Below are positions 1-10,200 of a stretch of 64,000 nucleotides of DNA, piece by piece. Below the pieces are notes generated by a model that saw nothing but the letters and a program-made list of their open reading frames with translations, did not search any database and was not told the DNA's origin. The stretch lies in the IMG/VR virus record IMGVR_UViG_3300048091_000427. The stretch is one strand, 5' to 3'. The translations under genes were made by a program, and so were the position numbers. Source of the stretch: a virus. The first letter of the stretch is position 1. The number at the start of each line of letters is the position of its first letter.

Positions 1-375
1 ATGCGTTTAACCGTCACACAGGCAGTACCTGCGTTCGATATGGGCCAGGGCGCCGATACCCAGGGCGAGTATTGGCTTATTCATTGGCCATCGACGTTAG
101 GCTACTGCCCATTGAAGAGGGATCTGCACGCCGTGCGGGCCGGCGATGAGCTGATCATTTACGACACCGGGAAAGCTTCTGTCATCGCTTTCCAGGGCTT
201 TGACAACCAAACACTTGGCCTCATGCACGAAGCGAGGCTTTTCCTCACAGAGCGCTTGGGCGAGGCCTTCGTGCACCACCCCGTGCAGTGGCTGACGAGC
301 ACAGATGACTTGGATGTGGTACCTCTGCTACGTAGTCCTGAACAATGGGCTGTGCAAGCAGCTGACAAACAGTGA
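1..375 (+). CDS. hypothetical protein, 3' fragment (5' end outside window)
   Basis: ORF open to window start with stop TGA at 373-375; no recognisable motif; immediately upstream (31 nt) of ADP-ribosylglycohydrolase gene. Confidence 0.45.
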   Translation: MRLTVTQAVPAFDMGQGADTQGEYWLIHWPSTLGYCPLKRDLHAVRAGDELIIYDTGKASVIAFQGFDNQTLGLMHEARLFLTERLGEAFVHHPVQWLTSTDDLDVVPLLRSPEQWAVQAADKQ

Positions 376-405
376 TAATTGCCAAAAACAAGAGGGAACA
401 ACCCC

Positions 406-1269
406 ATGATTGGTGCAATTATTGGCGACATCGCCGGTTCCTACTATGAATTTCGCGACGAGAAAGATCGCAACGCAAATTTTTTCATCCCCGGCCATTC
501 GACGATCACTGACGACTCGGTCTTAAGCCTGGCCACCGCCGATGCGATCATCAATCATCGTTCCTACAGCGAGTTCTACCAGCTCTACGCCCGCACCTAC
601 CCAAACTACGGGTATGGCCCGAGCTTCATGGATTGGGCCCACACGAACTCCAGCTACAGCAAACCGAATTTTTCCTGCGGTAACGGCGCCGGCATGCGGG
701 TATCACCTGTAGGTTGGGCGTTTGAAAGTGTTCAGCGCGTGATGAGCGAGGCGCACATGTCGGCGTGCATCACTCATGCCCATTCCGAGGGCACAAAAGG
801 CGCGCAAGCGGTTGCGCTGGCGATCTTCTTGTTCCGCAACGGAGTAGAGGCGGCTGTAGTCGAAGAGGTCATGTCAGATTGGTTCGATTACGAGACCCGT
901 TTGGATCTCGATGTCCTGAACGAAGAGTACACCTTCAGTCCTACCTGCCAGGGAACGATTCCCCAGGCGCTCTCCTGCGTCTTTCAGGCCAAGTCGTTCG
1001 AGGAAACCATCAGGAATGGTCTCCACGTTGGGGGAGACACCGACACCCTGTGCGCCATTGCGGGATCCATCGCTGAGGCACGCTTTGGTGTACCCGACCG
1101 ATTGCGCCAGCAGGCTGAAGAAATGGTCGACCGTCACAGTGCAAAATTTCTGGGTGTTCTGCGCCAGTTCGAGCGCATGTATGGTAGGAAGGTTGAGCCG
1201 GGTGGTATGGATCTACCTGGGCTGAAGGCCTTGCTTAGTATGATCAAGCTGCACTTGCGGTTGAGGTGA
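406..1269 (+). CDS. ADP-ribosylglycohydrolase family protein
   Basis: N-terminal MIGAIIGDIAGSYYEF...TDDS motif typical of ARH/DraG fold; RBS AAGAGGGAA 7 nt upstream of ATG at 406. Confidence 0.7.
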   Translation: MIGAIIGDIAGSYYEFRDEKDRNANFFIPGHSTITDDSVLSLATADAIINHRSYSEFYQLYARTYPNYGYGPSFMDWAHTNSSYSKPNFSCGNGAGMRVSPVGWAFESVQRVMSEAHMSACITHAHSEGTKGAQAVALAIFLFRNGVEAAVVEEVMSDWFDYETRLDLDVLNEEYTFSPTCQGTIPQALSCVFQAKSFEETIRNGLHVGGDTDTLCAIAGSIAEARFGVPDRLRQQAEEMVDRHSAKFLGVLRQFERMYGRKVEPGGMDLPGLKALLSMIKLHLRLR

Positions 1270-1319
1270 GCTACGCAGGCTGCCAGGCGGTAACCAGGCA
1301 GCCTGCAGCCTCAGTCGAA

Positions 1320-2315
1320 TCAGGACTTGGTGCCGGTCAACGCCTTGTCCAGCTTCTGGTAAGTCATCTTGTGCAGGGCCATTTGAGCCTCTACCTCTGA
1401 CATTTCCGTTAGCTTTGTCGCCGATGGAATGTCGCCCATCAACGCCGCCCGCTTGAGCCAGTAGTAGGCCTCGAATTGCGCCGATTGATCGTAACCCGCC
1501 AGGCTGCCCTGGGCCTTGCCGGCCAGCAGCAGTTGTGCAAATTGGTACATGCTTTCTGGATCGCCTTTCATGGCCTGTCGCTGCAGCGCGTAGGAACGCA
1601 TTAAGTCGGCTGAACGTTGCTCATCCGCCTTCTTGCTGATCCCGCCACCTTTAACAAAGCCTTGCTCGCTGGCCAGAGCGATCAATCGCTTGCCCTCGTC
1701 GTTCCTCCCGGCACGGGCTAGCAATCGACCCAGGTAGAAAGACGATTCACCGTCCCCAAGGTCAGAGGCTTTCTGCAGGTATGAGAGGGCTTTCTGTGGA
1801 TTGTCCAGGTGCGGCTGGCTCAGGTTGCCATACAGGATGCCCAATTGGCGCATGGCTTTGATGCTGTTGGCGGCGGAACCTTCCAGCAAAGCGATGGCTA
1901 AGGCTCGCTGATCCGGGCCTTCCTTCAGCTTCAGAAGACCGAGTACACGCATGGCTTCCGCATTCCCCAATTCAGCGGCCTGGTTCAACAAGACCACAGC
2001 AGCCTGTTTATTCTCGTCGCTGGGGGTACCCTCCATGAGCTGGCGGGCTTTCTCGTAAAGTTCATCGCTCGACAAGGCCGAGTCTACGGAGAGACCTTCC
2101 TCCACATTGAAGGGATCTGGCGTTGTGGTATTCACCTGGATAGGCGTCTCGACCTGAGCTGGAGCGACCCACGGGGTTTCCGGCTGGACAGGCTCACGAA
2201 TTACCGGCGTGGGCCCAACCGGTGCCACAGGCTGCTGAGGCTGGCTTTGACAACCCGCCAGCATCAGCAAAGCGATGTAGCCACAGCGTAAACGAAAGCG
2301 GTTATTAAACATCAC
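1320..2315 (-). CDS. Sel1/TPR-like repeat lipoprotein
   Basis: Lipoprotein signal (LLMLAGC) then Pro-rich linker and repeated A-x-x-Y/W-L-x-x-A-A-x-x-G Sel1-like repeats. Confidence 0.65.
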   Translation of the reverse strand: MMFNNRFRLRCGYIALLMLAGCQSQPQQPVAPVGPTPVIREPVQPETPWVAPAQVETPIQVNTTTPDPFNVEEGLSVDSALSSDELYEKARQLMEGTPSDENKQAAVVLLNQAAELGNAEAMRVLGLLKLKEGPDQRALAIALLEGSAANSIKAMRQLGILYGNLSQPHLDNPQKALSYLQKASDLGDGESSFYLGRLLARAGRNDEGKRLIALASEQGFVKGGGISKKADEQRSADLMRSYALQRQAMKGDPESMYQFAQLLLAGKAQGSLAGYDQSAQFEAYYWLKRAALMGDIPSATKLTEMSEVEAQMALHKMTYQKLDKALTGTKS

Positions 2316-2321
2316 CTAGCC

Positions 2322-3086
2322 CTATTGCGTGAGTTTCTGTTTGGCTTCTTTGTTACCAGCATCAGCGGCGGCTTGTAACCAGCGGCGCGATTGTTTTTTA
2401 TCGCCGGCCTTCAGCAAGCGTTCGCTGTAGAGCAGCATGGCCTTGGGGTGTTTGTTACGGACGGCAAAATCCAGCACCGTGTCCGCTTCTTCAGTGCGTT
2501 GATCCTGGTACAGCAGCTTGGCCAGGTCGTAAGCGGCGTTAACGTCACTTTCGGCGTACAGCAGTGTCAATTTATTGATTTCGTCTTGATGTTGGCTTTT
2601 ACGCAGCCCCGTGACCGATGATTTCGAATTCTTGGCCGGCGCATTCTGCTCTGCCTCCATCGCCAACTCTCGCTCCAAGGACGCCGAGATGTCGTAGGGT
2701 TCAGCTGGGGGCGCTTTGCTTGCAACCGGAGTGCTCTTTACTGCAATCGGGGCAGGGGCTTGAGCAGGGTGCTGGTACGCCGGGGTTTGTGGCGGAACAT
2801 CAACGGTGAAGGTTGAGGTCTGCGCCGGCGCTGCGGTCGGCACGAACACTTCCGCCTGACCTGAATCCTGTGGATCGGCGTCCTGATTCTGCACGATCTG
2901 GGGTGTGACAATGACGTCCTCACGCATGACGACCGTGGGCGCTAGCCGCGAGGTTTGATCGACCACTGGAACTCCCAGGTTGGGTTTGGAAGGATCGAAC
3001 AGGGTGGGTTGGAATTGCACGGGGGCACATCCGGCAGTCAACAGGCTGCCGAGCACCAGGGCTGAAATACGCTGCATGCTAGTCAC
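2322..3086 (-). CDS. lipoprotein with C-terminal Sel1-like repeats
   Basis: Signal LGSLLTAGC lipobox, Pro/Ala-rich linker, C-terminal Sel1-like helices; tandem with preceding lipoprotein; start GTG 3086 or ATG 3077. Confidence 0.5.
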   Translation of the reverse strand: MTSMQRISALVLGSLLTAGCAPVQFQPTLFDPSKPNLGVPVVDQTSRLAPTVVMREDVIVTPQIVQNQDADPQDSGQAEVFVPTAAPAQTSTFTVDVPPQTPAYQHPAQAPAPIAVKSTPVASKAPPAEPYDISASLERELAMEAEQNAPAKNSKSSVTGLRKSQHQDEINKLTLLYAESDVNAAYDLAKLLYQDQRTEEADTVLDFAVRNKHPKAMLLYSERLLKAGDKKQSRRWLQAAADAGNKEAKQKLTQ

Positions 3087-3204
3087 TCACACGAAAACCT
3101 CGATTATCGCAACGCGCCGGGCAATGTCAATCAAGGCCTTGTTCGTTGACCCTGAGAGAGCGGCATCCATACACTTGAGAAAGGATTTATAGAAGGAAAA
3201 CACA

Positions 3205-5007
3205 GTGGCCTCCACCCTCGAAAAGCTGATCAAAGAACAAGTCGACGCCGACAACTTGCCAATGGTCGAGGCTCTGTTGAACTCGATTGTTCCGTTATTA
3301 CCTGAGAAAGAACGGGAAGTACTGGCTGACAGCCAGATGTACGAGGTTTTACTGGAAAGGAAGCCAGCCATCGTCAATCTGTTTTCGCAGCATTTCTCCA
3401 TCACCGATGCAATGGCCGCTGGTTATCTTCTGGATCGCAGTCTCTTCGTGCACAAAGATCGTGACGCATTGCCAATCGCGCTGGACGCGTTGCAAGAAAG
3501 CTTTGGCAATGTGCTGATATCAGCCATTTACCGGGGTGACCTGGCGATGGTGCGAACGCTTCAGGCGAAGTGGCCTGATCGACACATCGAATTGAGTTAC
3601 GACGGTACGAAAGGACACTTGCTGGCAGATGGTCAAAAGGTAAAGCATGAATTTGAAGCCATGCAAAACATGGATGGCGTCCCGGTGTTCCGCGAGCTTA
3701 TGGAAACCTTGCTAAAGATCGTGCAGATAAACGGGATAGATCAGGAGCAATTTCTTTACGACTTTTGTGACAGCGTCAATTTGGATGAGGCCGATGATCT
3801 GACTGAAATTGTTCCTTTTGCCGGTCAGTATCCGTCGATAGCCGCAGGCCAGGTCGAACATCCAGAGCTTATGCTGGCGTTCGCTGAAGCCCAGGAAACA
3901 GTGTTGTTGAAGGCTATGCACAGCCGATTGTTTTGCTGGGTCAAGACCGAGGACGTCGCCGACTTGCCGTTAGGCGTGGCGTATTCCCCAGTGATGAAGG
4001 CCTCGTGCTACGGAGAGCCCTTCGACATCGGGATTCTCTCGACCCCTGCTGCATTTACCCAGCCCTTGCAGTTCACGAAAACGAATGAAGACCGAAAACC
4101 CGAGCCGATCATGGATCAATGGCCTGATATCGAGTTGGGCATCGAGGTAGGTGGGTTGGAACCGTCCAATGCGGTGATTTATGACGACAAGATCCGCCAA
4201 AAAACCCTGCTCGACAGCCATTTCCTAGGCTTGAATCACCGATCAGGGTACACCCTGATGTCGATGGACATCGAGGTATTGAAATCACTTGATATCGGCA
4301 AGGTAGATCCAGAAGCGCTTGTTAAGGCGCGGGAATACGCACAAGGCTTTTACTGCTCGCAACTTCTAAGCCCAAGGTTCCACTCGGGTATGAGCAAAAC
4401 CGGTCGGTTCCGGGAGGGCTGCAAGGAAATGAAGCTGTACAACTTCTTCGATTTTTCGGCTAAGAGTCAGGACAAAGACGCCATTTTTGATAGCTTCAGT
4501 CCGGTTTTTTGGTACAACATTTTCCATGGCTTTTCGGCAGGACTGGGTGCGGAAGGGATTCTAGAGGCGCGTGATCGTTTTGCTTGGACAAACGCGGACA
4601 CTCGTAGAGGCTTCAGCCTCGATGCAGGGAAGATTCACAAACTGTTCGATGCTGGTTATGTGTTTGCGGAATACGGTCGTGGAGTAAAGACGTCATACGG
4701 GGTGTCGTCACCAAGTGAGTGCGAAGTGCTAAACCAGGAAGTCATCTCAATGGGTGGCTGGCCAAGCACCGATCCTCGACCCAATGATGTTGAAGAAGCT
4801 GTAAAAATGGGTATCCGCAAGAAGGATCGTTTGTATGAGATCTACATTCGTACTCATGGGCCAGAGGCGGCTATCGAAGCTAGCAAAACCAGGCCTCAGT
4901 ATGAGTACATCCTGAAGATTTTCACCCAGGATGAAATAAGGCCATACGCCCACAAGCTCCCGATGAAGCAACTCGGCGACGTTTTCTCGCGAGATATGGG
5001 TCTTTAA
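3205..5007 (+). CDS. hypothetical protein (600 aa) ending FSRDMGL; member of C-terminal FSxDLGL family
   Basis: GTG start with GAAGGAAAA RBS; no known domain recognised; extreme C-terminus ...DVFSRDMGL. Confidence 0.55.
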   Translation: MASTLEKLIKEQVDADNLPMVEALLNSIVPLLPEKEREVLADSQMYEVLLERKPAIVNLFSQHFSITDAMAAGYLLDRSLFVHKDRDALPIALDALQESFGNVLISAIYRGDLAMVRTLQAKWPDRHIELSYDGTKGHLLADGQKVKHEFEAMQNMDGVPVFRELMETLLKIVQINGIDQEQFLYDFCDSVNLDEADDLTEIVPFAGQYPSIAAGQVEHPELMLAFAEAQETVLLKAMHSRLFCWVKTEDVADLPLGVAYSPVMKASCYGEPFDIGILSTPAAFTQPLQFTKTNEDRKPEPIMDQWPDIELGIEVGGLEPSNAVIYDDKIRQKTLLDSHFLGLNHRSGYTLMSMDIEVLKSLDIGKVDPEALVKAREYAQGFYCSQLLSPRFHSGMSKTGRFREGCKEMKLYNFFDFSAKSQDKDAIFDSFSPVFWYNIFHGFSAGLGAEGILEARDRFAWTNADTRRGFSLDAGKIHKLFDAGYVFAEYGRGVKTSYGVSSPSECEVLNQEVISMGGWPSTDPRPNDVEEAVKMGIRKKDRLYEIYIRTHGPEAAIEASKTRPQYEYILKIFTQDEIRPYAHKLPMKQLGDVFSRDMGL

Positions 5008-6041
5008 CTGCGCTCGGCACGGGCGTAGAGCGTGCGTACCCATTCCAGTGCTTGCTCCGAGGTCTGTTCGTCGATCAGCGAGTACTGGAAGCCTTTTTTA
5101 CTGCTGCGGGTGCGGACGTGCTCATCGATCTCCAGTTCAGCTGGGGTGCAATAGAATTCCACCATCAGTTTTGGATACTGGGTTTCGGTCACATACAGCC
5201 GGCCCAGAGGGCCGAATAAGCCGAACTCATACGCCTGGCCTTGCTCCTCGACGATTAGGTCACTAGCGATCTCATAGAGCCCATCCACGAACATTAGAAA
5301 CCGCGCCTGGCTTTCCTGTGGAGCTCTTGCGAGGGCCTGGGAGATGCTCAGCGGGTGTCTTCGAGTGGCAGGAGGTCTCTTGGCCTGCAAATAGCCTGGG
5401 CGGCGCTTGGAGGCGACTGTGGAGAGCGACAAAAGGCCGGACTCGAAGAATTTGTAGGTGACCAAGTCGAGGTTGGCCTCGAATTGGTGGATGGCTTCAA
5501 GGTCATACCGGGCGAAGTCCTTGGCGATGCAGATCACCCTGGCCCCTGACCAATCGATCTGCCCGGCCACCGCCGCCCCCAAACGATTCTGCACGAGCAG
5601 TTGAAACTCAGCTTGATGGGTGAGTAGCCAGTTCAGATAGAACAAACCTTGGTTGATGACGGTGCTTTCAACATCTCGTTTGAACTCAACGATGATCGGA
5701 GCGTTGTACTGATCCAGCCCCAAGGTATCGATGCGCCCACGATGTACTTCACCGGTGCTGTACTCACTGGCCAGGAACCGAACCTTGAGCAATGGCTCGA
5801 GGTGGTGTTCAAGCACCTGCTGCAGATCACGCTCGAGGGCGATCTGGGAAGGGTGGAGTTCGTGGCATTCGTTATCACGCAGGGAAAACAGCTGGAAAGA
5901 AGTCACAGGCCACCGGTAATGCTTGTTTGGCAATTGATGGTCATTATTCACTTTTTTGACCGTCAGGAAAACAAAAACCCCAAGCAGGCTTGGGGTTGGG
6001 TGGTCTGTCAGTGGAAACTGTCGTGCTTGGCAAGATCCCAC
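5004..6041 (-). CDS. PD-(D/E)xK nuclease-fold protein (putative)
   Basis: Motif GRIDTLGLD ... IIVEFKRD (D...ExK) consistent with restriction-endonuclease-like fold; start uncertain (overlaps upstream gene). Confidence 0.4.
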   Translation of the reverse strand: MGSCQARQFPLTDHPTPSLLGVFVFLTVKKVNNDHQLPNKHYRWPVTSFQLFSLRDNECHELHPSQIALERDLQQVLEHHLEPLLKVRFLASEYSTGEVHRGRIDTLGLDQYNAPIIVEFKRDVESTVINQGLFYLNWLLTHQAEFQLLVQNRLGAAVAGQIDWSGARVICIAKDFARYDLEAIHQFEANLDLVTYKFFESGLLSLSTVASKRRPGYLQAKRPPATRRHPLSISQALARAPQESQARFLMFVDGLYEIASDLIVEEQGQAYEFGLFGPLGRLYVTETQYPKLMVEFYCTPAELEIDEHVRTRSSKKGFQYSLIDEQTSEQALEWVRTLYARAERS

Positions 6042-7603
6042 AACGTTCGGTACTCGGCGTTTGTACCGCGTCCGGAGAGCAGCTCACCTTCCAGCAGGAA
6101 ATGGTACAAGGAAGTGTAGTTCATGATCCGGGTGTCGGAAACGCGTCGCATCATACGGGCCGGACTCAGTTCTTCCGTCGACGCCATCCCGGCAGCGCCC
6201 AGGATATCGGCGACCGAGATCAAGGTGTTCTTATGGAAGTTGAAGACCATCTCGCCTTTGTTTTTGACGTTCAGTGCTTTTTGGCGAATAGGATCCTGAG
6301 TGGTAATACCCACCGGGCAGGTGCCGAGGTGACAGGTCTGACTGCCAATACACCCGAGCGCGAACATAAAGCCCCGAGCGATGTTGATTCCGTCGGCGCC
6401 GAGCGAGAGGACGCGAACGATATCGAAGCCGCTGATGATCTTGCCGCTGGCGATGATCTTCACTTTGTCGCGAAGGCCGGCGCCTCTCAACAGGTTGTGC
6501 ACCACGACCAGGCCATCACGCAGTGGCATGCCCATATGGTCGGAGAACTCTTCAGGGGCGGCACCGGTACCGCCCTCAGAACCGTCGACCACGATGAAGT
6601 CCGGGGTGATGCCAGTGTGCAGCATGGCTTTGACGAGCGCCGCCACTTCCACCAGGTGACCCACGCAGAGTTTGAAGCCAACAGGCTTGCCACCTGAGAG
6701 TTCACGCATCTGCTGGAGGAAGTTGATCAAGCCATCCGGGCCGCTAAAGGCGGAGTGTTTGGAAGGCGAAATGCAGTCCTGGCCCTGGGGTACGCCGCGT
6801 GCTTCAGCGATCTCTTTACTGACCTTTGCACCGGGCAACATCCCGCCTTTCGAGGGCTTGGCGCCCTGGCTGACCTTCAAAAGTGTCATTTTGACATTAG
6901 GCTTTTTTGCCTGGGCTGCGAACTTTTCAGGATCGAAAGTTCCATCATCTTTGCGGCAACCAAAGTAGCCAGTACCGATCTCAAAGATGGTGTCGTTGCC
7001 ATTTTCCTGGTGGTAGCGCGACATGCCGCCCTCACCAGTGTCCAGCGCAAAATTACCTGCTTTGGCGCCACGGCCCAGGGCGCGAATGGCATTAGCCGAC
7101 AGGGCGCCAAAGCTCATGGCGCTGATGTTCAGCAACGAGGCAGAGTAGGGCTGAGTGCAGGCCGGGCCACCGATGGTGATGCGCAGGGACTTAGGGTCGA
7201 CCTTCACCGGCTCAATCGAGTGGCTGATGAATTCATGCGCTTCATCGTAAAGGTTGTCCAGGGTGCCAAAACTCTTGTCCGCGTTGATACCGCGTGCACG
7301 GCGGTAGACCATGGAGCGCGCCGAACGACTGTATGGCACCTCCTCATGGTCGGCCTCCCAGAAGTACTGCCTCAATTCTGGTCGGATGGCCTCCAGGAGA
7401 AAGCGAATGTGTCCGGTGATGGGATAGTTCTTGAGGACGGCGTGCTTGCTCTGCACGATGTCATAGATTCCCAGCAGGGTCAGGGCTGCGAAGGGCAGCA
7501 TCCAACCGAAGCTCAGGTAGTCGTAGTAGGCGCCAAGACTGCCCGCGACTGAAAGCCCGAGGCAGAACAGAAACACTAGGTGACGCTGGAACAGACTTAT
7601 CAT
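6008..7603 (-). CDS. FMN-binding glutamate synthase (GltS domain 2) family protein, membrane anchored
   Basis: N-terminal TM helices followed by GltS FMN-binding TIM-barrel signature (GGTGAAP..., Cys cluster CxxGxC...C); 531 aa. Confidence 0.7.
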   Translation of the reverse strand: MISLFQRHLVFLFCLGLSVAGSLGAYYDYLSFGWMLPFAALTLLGIYDIVQSKHAVLKNYPITGHIRFLLEAIRPELRQYFWEADHEEVPYSRSARSMVYRRARGINADKSFGTLDNLYDEAHEFISHSIEPVKVDPKSLRITIGGPACTQPYSASLLNISAMSFGALSANAIRALGRGAKAGNFALDTGEGGMSRYHQENGNDTIFEIGTGYFGCRKDDGTFDPEKFAAQAKKPNVKMTLLKVSQGAKPSKGGMLPGAKVSKEIAEARGVPQGQDCISPSKHSAFSGPDGLINFLQQMRELSGGKPVGFKLCVGHLVEVAALVKAMLHTGITPDFIVVDGSEGGTGAAPEEFSDHMGMPLRDGLVVVHNLLRGAGLRDKVKIIASGKIISGFDIVRVLSLGADGINIARGFMFALGCIGSQTCHLGTCPVGITTQDPIRQKALNVKNKGEMVFNFHKNTLISVADILGAAGMASTEELSPARMMRRVSDTRIMNYTSLYHFLLEGELLSGRGTNAEYRTLWDLAKHDSFH

Positions 7604-7612
7604 GCTACTTAC

Positions 7613-9085
7613 TCACAAGCCAAGGTCGATAGAGAAAACGACACCCCTGAGTATCAGGGGCAATGTAGCGATTTGTGCCGGCGACAAGCTGCAGATAGAG
7701 GCCAGTCGCTCGGTGGGTTTTTTATTGATCAAGGTCGGGAGAATCCGGTCGATCAGCGTCGGGTATTGCGCAAGAGCGGCTTTTGCCCGGTCAGCGTTGG
7801 CATTGCCACCGTCGTCGAGGAAAGTCATAACGTTTTTGAAACAGTTGTCTTCACTCATCAAGTCGATGGTCACAGTGCCCTGCATCGCATGATGATAGAA
7901 ATCTATGCTGGCCAGTTCATTGAGCACGGAGGAGGCTGCCTTGTAATCAGGAACTTTCTTTGACCATACGGTTGTGCGGCTACCGAAACGTTGCACATTC
8001 AGCGGATCGAGCAGCGCTGGGTAGGCATTGATCAGCGTTTTGGTGACGGCTTTCTGTACATCGATACCAAAGCGTCGACTTACAAAACCATCGAACAGCC
8101 CAGCAAAGCTGCTCTCTTCCTTGTTCCAGTGCGCCTGGTACTCAAGGATCGGAGGGCCCAGGAGCTCTTTGGCCTCAAAGTGGAACCCCGGCCAGCAGTC
8201 AGGGTAATGCACCAGCACATGGCCGATGAAGTTTCGAATTTGTAGGGCGTGGATCTTGGCGTCAAGGTTCGGGAACAAGACGGGGAGGATCACGGCCAGG
8301 CGCCGCTCCAGTTCGAGGGTGGTCTGCACCACATCACCACCCGCCAGTGTCCAGAAATAGCTGGCATTGACCAGGGACATTACGAAGTCGTGCTCGAAGT
8401 CGCGAGAAACACTTCGATCACGACTCTTGATCAGCGCTTTGAAAGTCATCACGGTTTTGGCGCCGGCTACCAGTGTGGCCGCCGACGGTAGTCCATTCAG
8501 AGCGAATGTCTCAGCACATTCCCTATCCAGCCCTTCACGGGTAGTGGACAACAGATCCCCCAGGCAATCATGAACTCCCTGCGTGTAGGTCAGGCTGCGA
8601 AGAACATGGAGGTGTCTCTCATGCTCGAAACTGAATTTGGTGGAGTCGGGGAGGTTGTCCAGTCGCTTGACGGCGTGACGATGCAACTCAATTGCGCACG
8701 GCTGGAGGATACTGACGATCTTGCACCCAGGATGCAGCATGAGTACGTGAGCCAAATCCATTTCCAGGATTGTCGGCAACAACTGTACGGTGCCTTCGAG
8801 ATAGTGACGGTCATGGACGTGCGCGGACGGATCAAAGCCTGACCTCACCAAGGCCAGGGCAAACAGGCCAAAGCCGAGCCGAGGCTGTAGTTTTTCGTGG
8901 AAGTCGGCTAGCGCCTGCTGAAGTTTGGAATACTTATTGAACGGGGCAGCATTGATGCGTCGATAGTCTTCGAGCGAAAAGTCGTATTTCTCGAAAAACT
9001 TCGACACGTGTTTGGCCAACCCCATGTCAAAAGACTTGGGGTCAAGGTGTTCAAACGGCCAATAAACAGGGTAGTTGGAACCCAT
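7613..9085 (-). CDS. hypothetical protein ending FSIDLGL; FSxDLGL family
   Basis: Start set at ATG 9085 (AGGAGG 9 nt upstream); C-terminus ...RGVVFSIDLGL. Confidence 0.5.
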   Translation of the reverse strand: MGSNYPVYWPFEHLDPKSFDMGLAKHVSKFFEKYDFSLEDYRRINAAPFNKYSKLQQALADFHEKLQPRLGFGLFALALVRSGFDPSAHVHDRHYLEGTVQLLPTILEMDLAHVLMLHPGCKIVSILQPCAIELHRHAVKRLDNLPDSTKFSFEHERHLHVLRSLTYTQGVHDCLGDLLSTTREGLDRECAETFALNGLPSAATLVAGAKTVMTFKALIKSRDRSVSRDFEHDFVMSLVNASYFWTLAGGDVVQTTLELERRLAVILPVLFPNLDAKIHALQIRNFIGHVLVHYPDCWPGFHFEAKELLGPPILEYQAHWNKEESSFAGLFDGFVSRRFGIDVQKAVTKTLINAYPALLDPLNVQRFGSRTTVWSKKVPDYKAASSVLNELASIDFYHHAMQGTVTIDLMSEDNCFKNVMTFLDDGGNANADRAKAALAQYPTLIDRILPTLINKKPTERLASICSLSPAQIATLPLILRGVVFSIDLGL

Positions 9086-9149
9086 CCTGAGCATCCTCCT
9101 GGTTGGTGGGGTTGACGCTAAAAGGGGCCAAGGGCCCCTTAAGTGCGGA

Positions 9150-10073
9150 TCATCGATCCCCGAGGAACTCTCTGACCGTGGGGCCGACTTCTTCGTCTGC
9201 CAGGATTTCGTCGAGCAGATCCTCGGGAATCTCACGGTCTTCATGCAGGATCAGCGGGAACTGCTTGAGCGCCACCAGAAAGGGTTCCTTCTCGGTCATC
9301 TCGTTATCGAAGGGGATACTCGGATCAATTTTGATCATCAACGACAGCAGTTCCGGGGCTGTGTCCCAGGACAGGTTCGGGTGAAGCGGCAGGGCGTCTT
9401 CGAACATCGCTCGCTCGCCACAGGAATCGAATAGGTCGCCACGCTGGCCGACCTTTGTAGGCAGTGCGCCAACCAGCGGGCCATAGCCGGTGTTGAACAC
9501 GTATACATCACCATCCGCCAACAGGCTGCGGTAAAGGCCATCACCACGACCGTCGAAGACATTGTCCGCACCAGTGATCACGATGACATCTTCAATGCAG
9601 CGCGCTTTGTGCACGGTCAAGCCGTCGCAGGCCATCACCTGGGTTTCAAGCAGGCATTCGTGCAGATCGAGCATCTTCAGGAATTTCTTGGAAGCATTGA
9701 AGCGGGTGGCCCGATGGGGAATCAAAGCCTGTTCCAGCTCGTGCACGGAGCCGTAGACAAAAATGTCACGTTGCTCCAGCGGCAGGCGTTGCTTGACGCC
9801 ATGGAATTCAGCCAGGAGGTTGCCGACCCAGTTGTTACCCTGGGCAGAGTTTTTAAGTTCTTCGATCAGAACTTTAGGGTTGCGATGCAGCCGGGTCATC
9901 AGCCACTTGGTGTAGATGCAGTCAGGCGTCGGGTCAAAGCTGGAGACGTACTGGATCACACTGAGGTCGTCGCCAAAGGACGCAATTGCGTCTGGAAGGC
10001 GGCCCTTCATTGCAGTCAGACGTTTGAGGGAACGGTCGAAAACCAGCTTATCTACAAGGGCAAGATCCAGCAT
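9150..10073 (-). CDS. hypothetical protein (307 aa)
   Basis: Long ORF in minus-strand gene block, no recognised motif. Confidence 0.45.
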   Translation of the reverse strand: MLDLALVDKLVFDRSLKRLTAMKGRLPDAIASFGDDLSVIQYVSSFDPTPDCIYTKWLMTRLHRNPKVLIEELKNSAQGNNWVGNLLAEFHGVKQRLPLEQRDIFVYGSVHELEQALIPHRATRFNASKKFLKMLDLHECLLETQVMACDGLTVHKARCIEDVIVITGADNVFDGRGDGLYRSLLADGDVYVFNTGYGPLVGALPTKVGQRGDLFDSCGERAMFEDALPLHPNLSWDTAPELLSLMIKIDPSIPFDNEMTEKEPFLVALKQFPLILHEDREIPEDLLDEILADEEVGPTVREFLGDR

Positions 10074-10200
10074 GAGAGGGGTCTCAGGGAGAAAGATGCG
10101 CGATGGTAGCCTGGCTTGTCAATTGACGCAATAAAATGGAGATATTTTGTCAATACATGCCATATCTCCATACAGGAAAGGGCTAAATCAGATTCTGACC

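Noticed and set aside
6755-7552. 265-aa + ORF antisense to GltS-like gene
   Set aside because: Shadow ORF within a gene with clear FMN-binding glutamate-synthase motifs
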